DNA of 64,000 nt, taken from positions 92,938,001 to 93,002,000 of the forward strand of contig OX597814.1 in assembly GCA_951406725.2 (NCBI GenBank). Reading direction: 5' to 3'. The position numbers were made by a program, and so were the translations under genes. Below, one piece after another: positions 26,600 through 40,037 of the stretch. Position 1 is the first letter of the stretch. Each line of letters opens with the position of its first letter. This stretch comes from Octopus vulgaris (taxonomy: Eukaryota). The notes beneath the pieces were generated by a model. The model was not told the origin of the DNA and ran no database searches. It saw only the letters and a program-made list of their open reading frames with translations.

Positions 26600-29500
26600 A
26601 GCTGACGTAGAGGATTGGAAACCATCTGAACATTGGAAAAGAGATTCCTGTATTATGATGATTCACGCCGGGTATCAAAATGCCGAAACCATGACTGCTA
26701 CTCAGTATCTGAACTTATAAGATGCAACAGGTGCGACAGGCATCTCTTCTCCATCCTTATTTTTCTTTTCATGTGGAACAGGAAAAAGTCACCTAACTCA
26801 CGGCTGGAGATAAAAATGCTTGTCACAATCCCTTCCACTCTCGTCTTCCACACTACCTCCTTCGCGGTAGCTACTACACAGAGGAAATAAGCCTGCTCTT
26901 CCCTATACAGGGAAGACGGTGGAACAATTTTAATTGACAGTTGTACTCTTTTCAGATGTGACAGCAGTTGTTCGACATAAACCCAAAGTTCCGAAATCTT
27001 CGGACATTGCACGATTTTGTGCAGAGCAGTTTCATTGTCCTGCATGCATCTTGGACAAGTTGGCGTGGATGAAGAATCATGCCCGAAGAGATAAAGCACC
27101 TCGATAATATTACCACGCCAGGGACTTCTGGAAATTATCCTAAGGCCCCGGCCCGAATATTCTTCGGTATAGGTTGGCAAGATGACCGTCATCGAAGCCT
27201 AGGGTTTCTCCTAGGGCGTCGTCACACTTGAACTCTACTGACCCTCTATAAAAGGACGAGGTGGACACCCACCACCGGTGTTGCCCACCTGGGAGAGAAG
27301 TACGACTGCCTGACGACACTCTGCCTGCCAAACTCCCAAATTTGGTCTACGCTTTATCCATGAGTCCAGTTCAGTAAACGAGGTGAACAGTCTGACAAAC
27401 GGAGACCACACCTGTTCACCGTCCAGGTACAGGCAGACGATCCCTAGCCCACCATTCAGCGGTTGTGGGCAGCAAATACAGCGCCTTACAAGAGGTCCCC
27501 TACCGCCTCACAAAAAAGCGGAGCATGCGTTCCAACTTGTTCAGCCACGAATCGGGGCAAGGCACGGCTGTCAGGCGGTCGGTAATTACACACCTGCAAC
27601 CTCTGCTCTCCCTTTCAGGGATAGCTTCCGCTCAGACCAGGTCTGAGTTGGGAGAGCCACCCTGCTCGACACCTCACTCCAGTTCTTCTCTATCTGGAGG
27701 TCTGGACCAAACTAGATCCCTAGCATTTTCACCGGTCCATCGTCTAGCGACCCACGACGCTGTACGGGTTGCCAGCCGACCGATTTATCCCAGTTAATTT
27801 GTGCTCCTGTCACCACTTCGTAATCCCTTAGGGCCTCACCTACCTACTGTAGGTGTTCGAGTCAGGATACGATGACAGTGATGTGGTCTGCATATTCCGA
27901 AACTGATTTTCCGAACCCTAGATCTTGCGAGGTGCCTCTCATAACCTCCAACTTCAGCAGCAATGGCTCGAGAGCCAAAATGTAGAGAAGTGGGGAGAAA
28001 GGACACTCTGACGTACCGGTCGCTCAATGCAGAACGGTTGCTAAAAGAAACCGTTCACCCGAAATATCGATTCGATGTTGCTATTCAAAGCGGCGAACGA
28101 GCCACGGAAGGTTGGTCCACACCCACCTGCTGCAAGGACCGTCGCCTGATACTGATGGTCAACCCTATCGAACGCTTTCGATTGGTCTAAATGGACCATA
28201 CCCACCGCCCTTGCCAGGAATTCTATTAAGCCTCTCTAAGGTATAGCGTAGAAGGTAGAGATTGTCGTGAAACGACCTGCCAGGAATTGCGCATGTTTGC
28301 TCCTCCCCAACAAAACTATGCACGACCGGCATCAACCTTTTTGCTAATACCTTGGCCCCAAATCTTCAGCTCTGCGTTAAGCAGAGTGATGGGCCTAAAA
28401 TTATCACAAACTTGGAATACTTCCATTCTGATGCCAGTTGGCAAATAGGCGCACAGACAAGTCTGGCATGCTATAATACAGTTCGTAGGGGAGACCATCT
28501 AGTCCCGATGACTTGTCCCCGCTGCAGTCCGACAATGCTTCCTCCACCTCCGCAGCTGTGATCGGCCCTTCACAGCATTCCACTTCCCGCCCCGAGTGAC
28601 GTGGAAAACCGGCGAGGAAGTCTGCGAATTCTCCTTACGCTCCGGTCCGCCGCCTCTCCCGTTAAAGCTGGACGAAATGCCCGTGAAACAACTTGCACAT
28701 CTCCTCGGGCTCGTTTACTGAACGATCGTGTTGGTCCGTCAAAGAACTTATTGTTGCATTATTGCTACGTTGGCTCCTCTCTACCACGCAAGGCCATCCG
28801 GCGACGTTGATTTCTTCTTGTTCCATTGCACGTAACCTAGCCCTGAGTATGCATCTTTCGCGTTTAGTTTTGAGATGTTGGTCGAGCGCCAATCTCGCTA
28901 CTAAAACTCTGGATGCAGAGCCTGACCTCATTGCCTCTTCTTGAGACTTAACTAAGTCCGTTTCTATTCTATTTCTAGTACTAGCTTATTCCTTACTAAA
29001 TCTGATTGACTCAAATTTAATAGCTCTTTTGAGAGCATACCACCATTTGTTATTAATAATGGAACCGGTTAATGCCTTCATCACTAACTGTCTAATCCGG
29101 TCCCTGAAGTCTTCACAGTCCATGAGTCACTTGTTTAGCTTCCAGTAGCCGGATCCCTGTCAACACATACTATCTAGATCAAGCCTAGAGGTCACAAATT
29201 TATGATCACTGTAGTTGACAATATGATGTTGCGTACAATTAACTATATTCTTGTCTTTAGTTCTAACAATAATCCTGTCACGATAAGATCTGGACGACCC
29301 ATCGTTATTTGCCCATGTTCACTATGGAACATCCGGGTGATCCAGTCTGAATCGGTCTGCCAGCTGAAAACGACTTAGCAGACCTTCTATCCGGGTTCGA
29401 GCCAACACAAACTACACGTGCATCGCAAATTCACCTTACAACACTAAAAGTCACCTAACAACACTAAAGTGTGCGACGTTCCTAGAAAATTCTCTAGGTT
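26600..29500 (-). mobile_element. Degenerate L1/Tx1-clade LINE ORF2 (APE endonuclease, RT, zf-RVT)
   Basis: Frameshifted motifs YSDHKFV..GSGYWKLN (about 29130-29215), DNFRPITLLNAELKI (about 28360-28410), TCPRCMQDNETALHKIVQC (about 27000-27060); similar to the cleaner copy at 60463-61374. Confidence 0.85.
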
Positions 29501-29694
29501 AGGAGTGTGAAATGACGGCAAAGTTCAAGGGAAAAAAATTTAACTCCCCATTCTACACTTAATTGTGGTGCAATTACACGGGGGAGACAACTGGGTTCAA
29601 AATTAAATTCAGTCATCCTAAAGTTAACTAAGCAAACTAAAGTTTAGTCAGGGGGATTTAAAAATTCGCTACTCCATTGTAGGATATGAGTAAC

Positions 29695-30112
29695 CTATTT
29701 CTTTACTACCCACAAGGGGCTAAACATAGAGGGGACAAACAAGGACAGACAAACGGATTAAGTCGATTATATCAACCCCAGTGCATAACTCGTACTTAAT
29801 TTATTGACCCCGAAAGGATGAAAGGTAAAGTCGACCTCGGCGGAATTTGAACTCAGAACGTAGCGGCAGACGGAATACCTATTTCTTTACTATCCACTAG
29901 GGGCTACACACAGAGGGGACAAACAAGGACAGGCAAACGGATTAAGTCGATTACATCGACCCCAGTACGTAACTGGTACTTAATTTATCGACCCCGAAAG
30001 GATGAAAGGCAAAGTCGACCTCGGCGGAATTTGAATTCAGAATGTAACGGCAGACGAAATACGGCTACGCATTTCGCCCGGCGTGCTAACGTTTCTGCCA
30101 GATCGCCGCCTT
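29695..30112 (-). mobile_element. Meta-domain SINE family B dimer
   Basis: TSD GGATATGAGTAAC (29682-29694, 30118-30130); internal junction at 29878/9. Confidence 0.88.
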
Positions 30113-30130
30113 GAAATGGATATGAGTAAC

Positions 30131-31000
30131 CGATGCATCAACTTTCGTTTAAATTCACTGTTATTTTCAGAAGTTAAAATGCTTTGCTGCGAACATAATA
30201 TGAACTTTAAAAGTGGACCAAAGGGGCTCACTACCCTCCCTAGGAGGTTCCCTTGTAGAATTCAAGGGATAACGAATGTGCGGTACTTTATCTTATGGCA
30301 GGCAATAACCATAATAAAATCCCGGGATTCTGATGTTTTATTGTGGCAGTTTGAACTTTTATGGGTTAATGATTCAGGCTCATTGTCCCCGAGGAGGTCC
30401 TCTTGCTGAATTGAAATGGATGTTAAAATGTGCCTCATTATATTTTCATCTGTAGTAAATGAATAACAACCGAGTCAAAATTCATTTTATGGGACTACCA
30501 CTTATCGAAGCTATGATCCTTTGCGGCATTACAATAGCCAAATTCAATAAATAACTCAGCGTGGCTTACTGCTCCCTGGGGTACCCCATGCTTGTTCCAG
30601 GTATAGACAGTGTCTTCAACATCATCTTTAGACAACGGGTAACCAATGTGTCCCGTAAAGTTAAAATCGAACGTAAACTGCAATAGATAAGTCGAAGGGG
30701 CTTACTGCCCACCCCCAGGGGTCCCCTTGATAAGTTCAAGTAAAACTTCATGTGCTCACCTTCCTCTGTGAGCCATGGGTAATCAATACGTCTCGTTTCG
30801 TGAAAACCAAACGCCAACTCAAGCAGTTATGACGTTTTGTTGCATTGATGATATTCAACTTCAACATTCATCAAAATCGGTTAACTGCCTCCCCAAGTGA
30901 TCCCCTACCTGAATTTCTGCGCAAATGCATGTCTGCAACTTTATTTGTAGGCCATAAGCAAACAAAAGATTGATTTTGGTGACGATGGGCGGTAAACTGC
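30131..31000 (-). pseudogene. Disrupted coding-like region of unknown identity
   Basis: Consecutive frameshifted open stretches (LELAFGFHETRRIDYPW..., LQFTFDFNFTGHIGYPL...DKW, CYSFTTDENIMRHIL...RKLMHRLLIS). No recognised family. Confidence 0.35.
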
Positions 31001-32354
31001 AGGAATTAAGAGGCCTTTATGCAGTAGCATTTCTGACTCCAAGAGAGAGGCTTGAGGGGTTATCTGCGTAATAAGACTTCAGAAACCTATGTATAAAATT
31101 TGGTGGGTGCAAATCGGTTGTAAAATGTAGAAATGCACGCAGATACATCTGTATCTGTATATCTATAAAAGGCAGGATGTATGTGTGTGTGTGTGTGTGC
31201 GTGTGTGTGTACGTGAATGTAATTTATGCATGTCCACAAATTAGCACGCATGTCGTTCCAATTTTATAAGGACTTTAACTGGTACTTAATTTATCGACCC
31301 CGAAAGGATGAAAGCTATGAGGACGCAACTTGACTGGCTCTATCTTATGCCACAGACCATCTTGCAGATAGGAGTACACCACAGAAGATGCTGGCTTTTA
31401 CACACCATCTATTTTATTTATCATTCCATTGTATATATACATTGTATATATACTTGTGGCCACAATAAACGTGTTTAAAGTTACTACCTTGCTTACATAT
31501 GTTTTTCGTCCGGGTTTACTACCAGCGAGATTACAGCCTTCTGAGAGACATGTTAGGTGGCTTAACGACGACCCACACCATCTAAATGCTATTTAACACA
31601 TTAGTTACTTTACCTTTGTCTGTCTTCCCTATCTGTATATACCTAAATATATATATGCTTGTTCGAATGTGGCCAATGGATTTAGTAGTTGCTGACTCAC
31701 AACCTATGTGTTAACATATTCATGGGTTGCCTTTACATCTTACAGACCTACAGAAACTATGTCTGCAAATGTCTGTCGTATAAGAGAATAATTAAAACAA
31801 CACTGTTACCTAGCAATATGATTTGTACATTTTCTGAAGACAGAAAACAATGTTATCTGCTGATTTACTCTTTTGTTTTATGATTATCATTTCCTCTATT
31901 CCTCTTCATATATATTGATCGGTGGAATTAAATTGTTTTATTCTGTGTTTATAATAAAAATTTTTTTTTCTATCTTGGTTCACTTGTGATATGCAAATAT
32001 ATTCATATGAACACACCTGCTGGCTATATGTATAAATTCGTCATAATACACATGTATTATATGTAGAATTTTGATGAGCTGACATTTAATTGTATCGATG
32101 TAATGATAGTTGTTTATATTATATAATTGCTATATTATATATAGCAATACACATGAGTTCGAATGTTGGTGAAACAATAGTAAATTTATGTAATAAAATT
32201 AATTTGGTCACGCGACAATCCTTATTAATTATATGTGTGTGTGTGTGAGTGTGTATGTGTGTGTGTGCATCTTTTATTTTATATGTATTTTTATATATAT
32301 TTTTTCTTATATATGTGTGTGTGTGCATACACACACACACACACATATCTTTTG

Positions 32355-32750
32355 TATTTTCCTTGTTTGAGTCATAAAGCTGGGCCATGCTGGAGCACCG
32401 CCTTGAAGAATTTTTAGTCGAATTAATCTACCCCAGTACTTATATTTTTTCAAAGCCCGCAACTTATACTTTCGGACTTTTTTGCCGAACCGCTAAGTTA
32501 CGGGGACGTAAACGCACCAACACCAGTTTTCAAGTGGTAGTGGGGTTACAAACACACACACACACACAGAGACACACACACACACACACACACATGACGG
32601 GCTTATTTCAGTTTTCGTCTCAAATCCCAAATCCACTTACAAGGCTTTGGTCGGCCCGAGGCTGCAGTAGAAGACACTTGCCCAAGATGCCACACAGTAG
32701 GACTGAATCCGGAACCATGTATTGGGAAGCAAGCATTTTACCACACACCC
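32355..32750 (-). mobile_element. SINE family A
   Basis: Family A motifs with a (CA)n centre. Confidence 0.8.
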
Positions 32751-33583
32751 GGCAGTCTTTAGACCCTACTTTACGTGTATGTACTATAGGAGTGCCGTAA
32801 TACTGCAGTATTTGCCCTGAGAAAATCTCTCGTCTAGTGCATAAAAGCACAGGGGTATCCATAGCAGACGTGAAATATCCAGCATCAATAGCAGAACAAC
32901 TGTATCACGCAATTTCGGCGTTTTGCGCCACGTCAGTAACTAAGATTTTATAAACTTTCGAGAGAATGTGAAATAATTCGTTTTTGGAGCAGTGGATCTC
33001 GAAGCATACTTAAAGCTATTAATAATAGCGTATAAATTTCAGATTTCTATCTCCTATGTTCATTAACAAACTATTTATCTGCCGGTGCTATAGTAGAAGA
33101 AACTTGCTCAAGGTATCGCGCAGCGGGTCTGAATCAAAGACCACATGGTCAGGAAACAAGCTTCTTAACCATAGAGTCACGCCAGCACTTATATAATGAA
33201 AAAGTTTCAATACGGATTGTGAAAACAGACCCTTTAACGATTGTATACACCGAATAAATGATAGGAAGAAAAGTAATTATTATTAATTGGTTGAAATGGT
33301 CCTTTTTTTTTATCGTTACACTGTAAGATACAACTTCTTCGAGCTGCTGTTTCATTATTTGCCTTTCTGTTGTCCATTCTTTTGGTAGTTAATTGTGGAT
33401 GACTGCTAGAAGGACGGATGAAAGAAGGAGAAAAAAGGAAGAGAGAGTCTATCTCTCTCGGCTGACAAGAAGACAATGGGAAAGTGGTATTATCATGCGA
33501 TGACAACCCATAAGTGAAGAGAGAGAAATAGCTGCTCTTCGGTTTGGCGCCAAGTGAACAGATAGAACCGATTCTAGGTTCTT

Positions 33584-34460
33584 AAGGCGGCGAGCTGGCA
33601 GAACCGTTAGCACGCCGGGCGAAATGCGTAGCCGTATTTCGTCTGCCGTTACGTTCTGAGTTCAAATTCCGCCGAGGTCGACTTTGCCTTTCATCCTTTT
33701 GGGGTCGATAAATTAAGTACCAGTTACGGGATCTTTTCCTTTTGAACGGCATATGTCAACACAATTTCTAGTTAACTAAACACTTTTAAACTTCGTATAC
33801 TGGTAGAATGTGTTTATAAAACATCATTTTCTCTTGGTTTTATTGAGAAAATTCTATAGTTTGTAAGATATTTCGTCTGAAAATCCGAGCATTTCGGCAA
33901 TTTTACCCAATCGATTACCTCCATTCAACTAAAATCATTTGCTGCGTCTAAAACTGAGACAACATCCTGTAACTAACCCTAAACCTCCCCCTAACCCTAA
34001 CCCTAAATTTTTTTTCTTAATTGTTAAATTAAATTAATTCCATTGCTTTAGTTTTTTTTACACGCGTAACAATTAAATTAATTTAACATTTGAGAAAAAA
34101 AAAATTTCGGGTTTTGTGGGGAGGTTTAGGGTTAGTTACAGGATGTTATCTCAGTTTTAGACGCAGCAAATGATTTTAGCTCGAAAGAGAGCATAGGATT
34201 GGTTAAAATTCGAAAACTTCAACTACGTTAAACAAACAAATAACAATTTTCTCAAGAAAGCCAAGAGAAAAAAAAATGTTTTATTTTGACACATTCTACC
34301 AGTATACGAAGTTTTAAAGTGTTTAGTTAACTAGAAATTGTCTGCCGTTCAAAAGGAAAAGATCCCAGGTACGCACTGGGATCGATGTAATCGACTTAAT
34401 CCGTTTGTCTGTCCTTGTTTGTCCCCTCTATGTTTAGCCCCTTGTGGGTAATAAAGAAAC
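33584..34460 (+). mobile_element. Meta-domain SINE family B interrupted by a MITE
   Basis: Long TSD GATAGAACCGATTCTAGGTTCTT on both sides; the SINE resumes after 34373. Confidence 0.85.
33729..34365. mobile_element. Fold-back MITE with internal telomeric repeats (Merlin-like)
   Basis: TIR GGATCTTTTCCTTTTGAACGGCA...TGCCGTTCAAAAGGAAAAGATCC; 8-bp TSD CAGTTACG/CAGGTACG; (CCCTAA)n inside; arms complementary over most of the length. Confidence 0.85.
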
Positions 34461-34777
34461 AGATAGAACCGATTCTAGGTTCTTTAGTTATACTTTTTTT
34501 CTGACTAAATTAAGTCAAGCCAGACAAAGGACTTCCCGTCTCATATCTGCCTGAACCCTAGTTAACCTGCAAATGTAAATTTAAACAATAGAACTGAACT
34601 AAGTGTGGTACTTGACTTTCATAAATTTCTCAGCGCAAAATCCGAGAAAAAAAATGTAGATTCGGTTTCGAATCCTGGCTTCGAATCTAGGAAGATATTC
34701 ATCACAACCTTGTTTGTCGTCGTCTCGTTTTGCAGATTTCTATTTATCTACTACACCAACCATTCGTACTATAAATG

Positions 34778-35140
34778 TGGAGGCGCAATGGCCCAGTGGT
34801 TAGGGCAGCGGACTCGCGGTCGTAGGATCGCGGTTTCGATTCCCAGACCGAGCGTTGTGAGTGTTTATTGAGCGAAAACACCTAAAGCTCCACGATGCTC
34901 CGGCAGGGATGGTGGTGATCCCAGCTGTACTCTTTCACCACAACTTTCTCTCACTCTTACTTCCTGTTTCTGTTGTACCTGTATTTCAAAGGGCCGGCCT
35001 TGTCACTCTCTGTGTCACGCTGAATATCTCCGAGAACTACATTAAGGGTACACGTGTCTGTGGAGTGCTCAGCCACTTACACATTAATTTCACGAGCAGG
35101 CTGTTCCCTTGATTCGGATCAACCGGAACCCCAGTCATTT
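34778..35140 (+). mobile_element. SINE family C
   Basis: A box TGGCCCAGTGG, B box GTTTCGATTCC; ACTATAAAT duplicated on the flanks. Confidence 0.88.
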
Positions 35141-35689
35141 CCACTATAAATGTTAACAGTAAATTATTTTAATTCACTGAAACATTGGTATATTGTTTGC
35201 ATGAATCTTTCCGGTAATAATACTCTGTGAAATTGTTAATGTAATCGACTAAAGCTGCCTCCTTCCCCACTGAAAGCAGAAAAAAAAATGTGTAGCCTCG
35301 CGCTGCTGTCATTGATATTGTTTTTGTTCCAAGTCAAATTAGTTATTTTATGTTGTTCTACTTGAATTAAGTATCTGATTGCTTCTAATTTCACGTGCAC
35401 TCTTTTCCCTGATTGTAGTCTTTAATAACAAATAGTTTTGCTCCTGACATTCTACTTTTTGTATCTTTTAATGTTAGCAGATAATTTCTTTCATTTGTCA
35501 TTTACTATTATTAATTAGATTTATATACTTCATGCTTCTAATGTCAGCTCTGAGTTAAATATTCCTATAGCTACATTTTGAATCTTGCAGAGGCTGCACG
35601 TTGACAGATTCATTAGTACAGCAAGCAAAATGTTCTGCAGCATTTTCCATTTATTTATTTATTTATTTTTTGTTTGTTTGTTTGTTTGT

Positions 35690-35848
35690 TTAGTGGCTGT
35701 GTGGTAAGTAACTTGCTTTCCAACCACATGGTTCCGGGTTCAGTCCCACTGCGTGACATCTTGGGCAAGTGTCTTCTACTATAGCCTCGGGCCGACCAAA
35801 GCCTTGTGAGTGGATTTGGTAGACGGAAACTGAAAGAATCCCGTCGTA

Positions 35849-35894
<46 letters not shown>

Positions 35895-36105
35895 TGTGTG
35901 TCTGTGTTTGTCCTCCTAGCATTGCTTGACAACCGATGCCGGTGTGTTTACGCCCCCGTAACTTAGCGGTTCGGCAAAAAAAGAAACCGATAGAATAAGT
36001 ACTGGGCTTACAAAGAATAAGTCCCGGGGTCGATTTGCTCGACTAAAGGTGGTACTCCATCATGGCCACAGTCAAATGACTGAAACAATTAAAAGAGTAA
36101 AAGAG
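35690..36105 (+). mobile_element. SINE family A
   Basis: Full family A sequence with a (TA)n centre. Confidence 0.88.
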
Positions 36106-36621
36106 TATCTTTACATTCTGAGTTCAAATGCCACCCAGATCGACTTTGTCAAACACTCGGACTGATTACACCGACCCCGCCTTTCGAAATTTCAGGCTTT
36201 GTACATATAGCAGAAAGGATATTTGTACAATGTATGTTTTCTGTAATCAACCATTTTCTCTTTCCTTCCTCTTCTTTTTTCTTCCTTTCTTTTTTCTATT
36301 TATTTTTGTCAAGACAATTTCGTTTGCTCTTTAATTTCGGAAGTAAACTGCTGCACCACTATGAGGGCTGAGATGAATCTTGTATTTCTCACCCACCCAA
36401 TTATTTTATTCATTTGTTTTGTTTTTCGTTTAATCTTTTTTTTTATTTGTTTCAGTCATTGGACTGCGGTCATGTTGGTGCACTGCCTTGAATGAGTTTT
36501 AGTTGAACAAATCGGCGTCAGGACTTATATATTATCGATTTCTTTTACCGAACTGCTACATTGCGGGGAAGTAAACAAACCAACACCGGTTGTCAGGCGA
36601 TGGTGGGCGACAAGCACAAAG

Positions 36622-36652
<31 letters not shown>

Positions 36653-36680
36653 CACACACATACACATACACACACACACT

Positions 36681-36681
<1 letters not shown>

Positions 36682-36746
<65 letters not shown>

Positions 36747-36986
36747 TGTTTCTTTATTAGCTACACAGGGCCGAACACAGAGGGGACAAAATACAATGTA
36801 GAGCTTTTCTTTTGAAGAAAGAAAAAGGAGAAAAATAAAATTTCGATCAAAAGGGATCGTAAAAAAAAAAAATGCGCCGATCGAAAGAGATCGTGTATCA
36901 CAGAAAATATTGTAAATGTTACAAAAAAGAAAAAAAAAACACACACACATACACACACACATACACATACACACACACACACTTAG

Positions 36987-37042
<56 letters not shown>

Positions 37043-37061
37043 TAGATAGATAGATAGATAT

Positions 37062-37096
<35 letters not shown>

Positions 37097-37400
37097 TGTT
37101 TCTTTATTAGCTACACAGGGCCGAACACAGAGGGGACAAAATACAATGTACAGCTTTTCTTTTGAAGAAAGAAAAAGGAGAAAAATAAAATTTCGATCAA
37201 AAAGGATCGTAAAAAAAAAAATGCGCCGATCGAAAGAGATCGTGTATCACAGAAAATATTGTAAATGTTACAAAAAAGAAAAAAAAAAAACAGATTAGAT
37301 TTAACCGTGGAAAGAAATGCCTACAGAAAAGACCACGGTAACCTCGGGCAATAATGTCCTACAAAGACACATTACAGTGACTCTCTTTTTTACCTTTCTT

Positions 37401-37461
<61 letters not shown>

Positions 37462-37640
37462 GTACAACGGGTTTCTTTTAAGGATCGTGTATCACAGAAA
37501 ATATTGTAAATGTTACAAAAAAGAAAAAACAGATTAGGTTTATCCGTGGAAAGAAAAGCCTACGGAAAAGACCACGGTAACTTCGGGCAATAATGTCATA
37601 CAAAAACACATTACAGTGAATCGCTTTTTTTACCTTTCTT

Positions 37641-37717
<77 letters not shown>

Positions 37718-37895
37718 GTACAACGGGCTTCTTTTAAGGATCGTGTATCACAGAAAATATTGTAAATGTTACAAAAAAGAAAAAACAGATTAGGATTATC
37801 CGTGGAAAGAAAAGCCTACGGAAAAGACCACGGTAACTTCGGGCAATAATGTCATACAAAAACACATTACAGTGAATCGCTTTTTTACCTTTCTT

Positions 37896-37950
<55 letters not shown>
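36682..37950 (-). repeat. Compound array of (GATA)n tracts and repeated LINE 3'-UTR fragments inside a family A SINE
   Basis: Units 36745-36940 ~ 37096-37290, and 37240-37400 ~ 37480-37640 ~ 37736-37895, separated by (GATA)n. Minus-strand end reads TGTCCCCTCTGTGTTCGGCCCTGTGTAGCTAATAAAGAAAC. Confidence 0.75.
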
Positions 37951-38458
37951 TTATACAACGGGCTTCTTTTCAATTACTGTCTTCCACTTAGAAGGCTTTG
38001 GTTGAACCGCAGCCATAGTACTTGACCAAGATGCTACGCAGTGCGACTGAATTCGGAACAATGTGGTAGGGAAACAAACTTATTACATAGCCACGCCTGC
38101 ACCTATGTATAACTTTTTCACTATTTAGTCAGGGAGAGAAGGATATCGCCCAAGGCGCTTTATGATAATTTTTCAGAAACTCCGAAACTGGTGAAGAAAA
38201 ACCGGGGACTATCTTTAAACCGAATATTTGCAGTAGAATGGAAACCGCTAAAAGCAGCTAGTGGTATTAAACTGGATTAAGTCTATTACTCGTGTATATC
38301 TAAATATATGGAACTGAAATACTATAAAGTCATTTTCGATTACCACCTATTCTACTCTCTCTAGTTAATTCATACCCCACAGAGCTTCTCATATAAATCA
38401 TCTTTTAAAGGTATGAAATTGGAAATGTAAGAGGGAGAGAGAGAGAGAGAGAGAGAGT

Positions 38459-38490
<32 letters not shown>

Positions 38491-38646
38491 CAGAGACAGA
38501 CAGAGACAGAGACAGAGGAAGAGGGAGGGAGGGAGAGGGAGAGACAGTAAGTCTATTTTGTCAAACTTCTAAGTTCCGGGGACGTAAACACACCAACACC
38601 AGTTGTGAAATGATGGTGAGGACAAACACAGACATAGACAGACACA

Positions 38647-38716
<70 letters not shown>

Positions 38717-39274
38717 TACATACATACATACTTCCCGTCTCATATCTGGCGGGTTTCTTTCAGTTTCCGTCTACCAAATCCACTCACAAGGCTTGGTCGG
38801 CCTGAGGCTATAAGTAGAAAATACTTGCCCAAGGTGCCATTCAGTGGAACTAAACCGGAACCATGTGGTTGGGGAAAAATGACATTGGAAAGAAGAGGTG
38901 AAAATTCACCGAGTTACAGAGAGAAGTATGAATTAAGTAAAATGGCTTAACGGAAACACAGACTGTATAGCAAAGAAGTATTTCCAAGACTTCACTGACA
39001 TTCTATGACGCAGCTACTCGAAAAGAAGCAATCAGTTTTGATAGAAAAGGAAATACTCAAAAGGGACAACGACGCATTCAACATTTTATTTCTATTCGTA
39101 AAACTAATAAAAAAAAAAAGACATTTTAAGTTCTTTTATATTGCATCAATGTCGTTTAATTCTTGAAAGAGAATTATTCTCAAAAATTGGAAAAATTCTG
39201 AAATAAAATATTTGTGATCATTGAAGGGCAACGAGCTGGCAGAATCGTTTGCATGCCGAACAAAAATGCTTAGT

Positions 39275-39662
39275 ACATTATTTAGATTATTTACATTCGA
39301 CGGATATTTGTCCTCATCTTGTTCGTTGTTAACACAACGTTTCGGCTGATATTCGGCTGATATTCTAACACAACGTTTCGGCTGATATGGCGTAATGGTT
39401 AAGAGCGCGGGCTAATAACCCCAAGATTCCGATTTCGATTCCAAGCAGTGACCTGAACAATAATAATAATAATAATAACATTGAAAAATACCTTAGGAAT
39501 GAGAACCCAGGTTCAAAATTTCCCCAAGACACCTGAAGAAGGCTGGAGGGTATATCAGCCGAAACGTTGTATTAACAACAAACAAGATGGGGACAAATAT
39601 CCGTCGAATGTAAATAATGTAAATAATGTACATAATTCCTCATCTCTTAAATAAAGAACTGT
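39275..39662 (+). mobile_element. tRNA-headed, hammerhead-containing short retroelement with inverted 5' repeat (Penelope-like signature)
   Basis: 13-bp TSD AAAAATGCTTAGT (39262-39274, 39663-39675); 39275-39352 is the reverse complement of 39552-39629; tRNA-like head 39388-39452; hammerhead core 39528-39572. Confidence 0.75.
39528..39572 (+). ncRNA. Minimal type I hammerhead ribozyme motif
   Basis: GACAC-CUGAAGA-A-GGCUG(loop)CAGCC-GAAAC-GUU-GUAU. The inverted copy reads GUGU, which pairs with ACAC (stem I). Palindromic AACGUU stem III, as in Penelope-associated minimal hammerheads. Confidence 0.7.
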
Positions 39663-40037
39663 AAAAATGCTTAGTGTTCTGAGTTCAAATTCCACTGAAG
39701 TCGACTTTGCTTTTCATCCTTTTGGGGTCGATAAAATAAGTACCATCCGAGCACTGTGGTCGATTCAATCGACTAGCCCCCTCCCCCAAATTGCTGGCCT
39801 TGTGCCAAAATTTGAAATTAACATCTGTGATTAATGGTGATAGTTTTATCAACAGTATTATTATGGTTTTCTATCAAAATACAGTTGACATAAAAAAAAT
39901 TCCGACTCAGATATTTTTCGGTTGAACCAAAGACCACATTTCTTTAAGTGAGCGCAAGCATATTTGATGTAGCAAACCAAGAAGCTTCTATCCCCGCATT
40001 TTCAACTATAATTAGTGATATAGACAATGATTGTTCT

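Noticed and set aside
34778-34850. tRNA-like sequences (also 8849, 20295, 39388)
   Set aside because: No complete cloverleaf or acceptor stem; they continue into SINE bodies.
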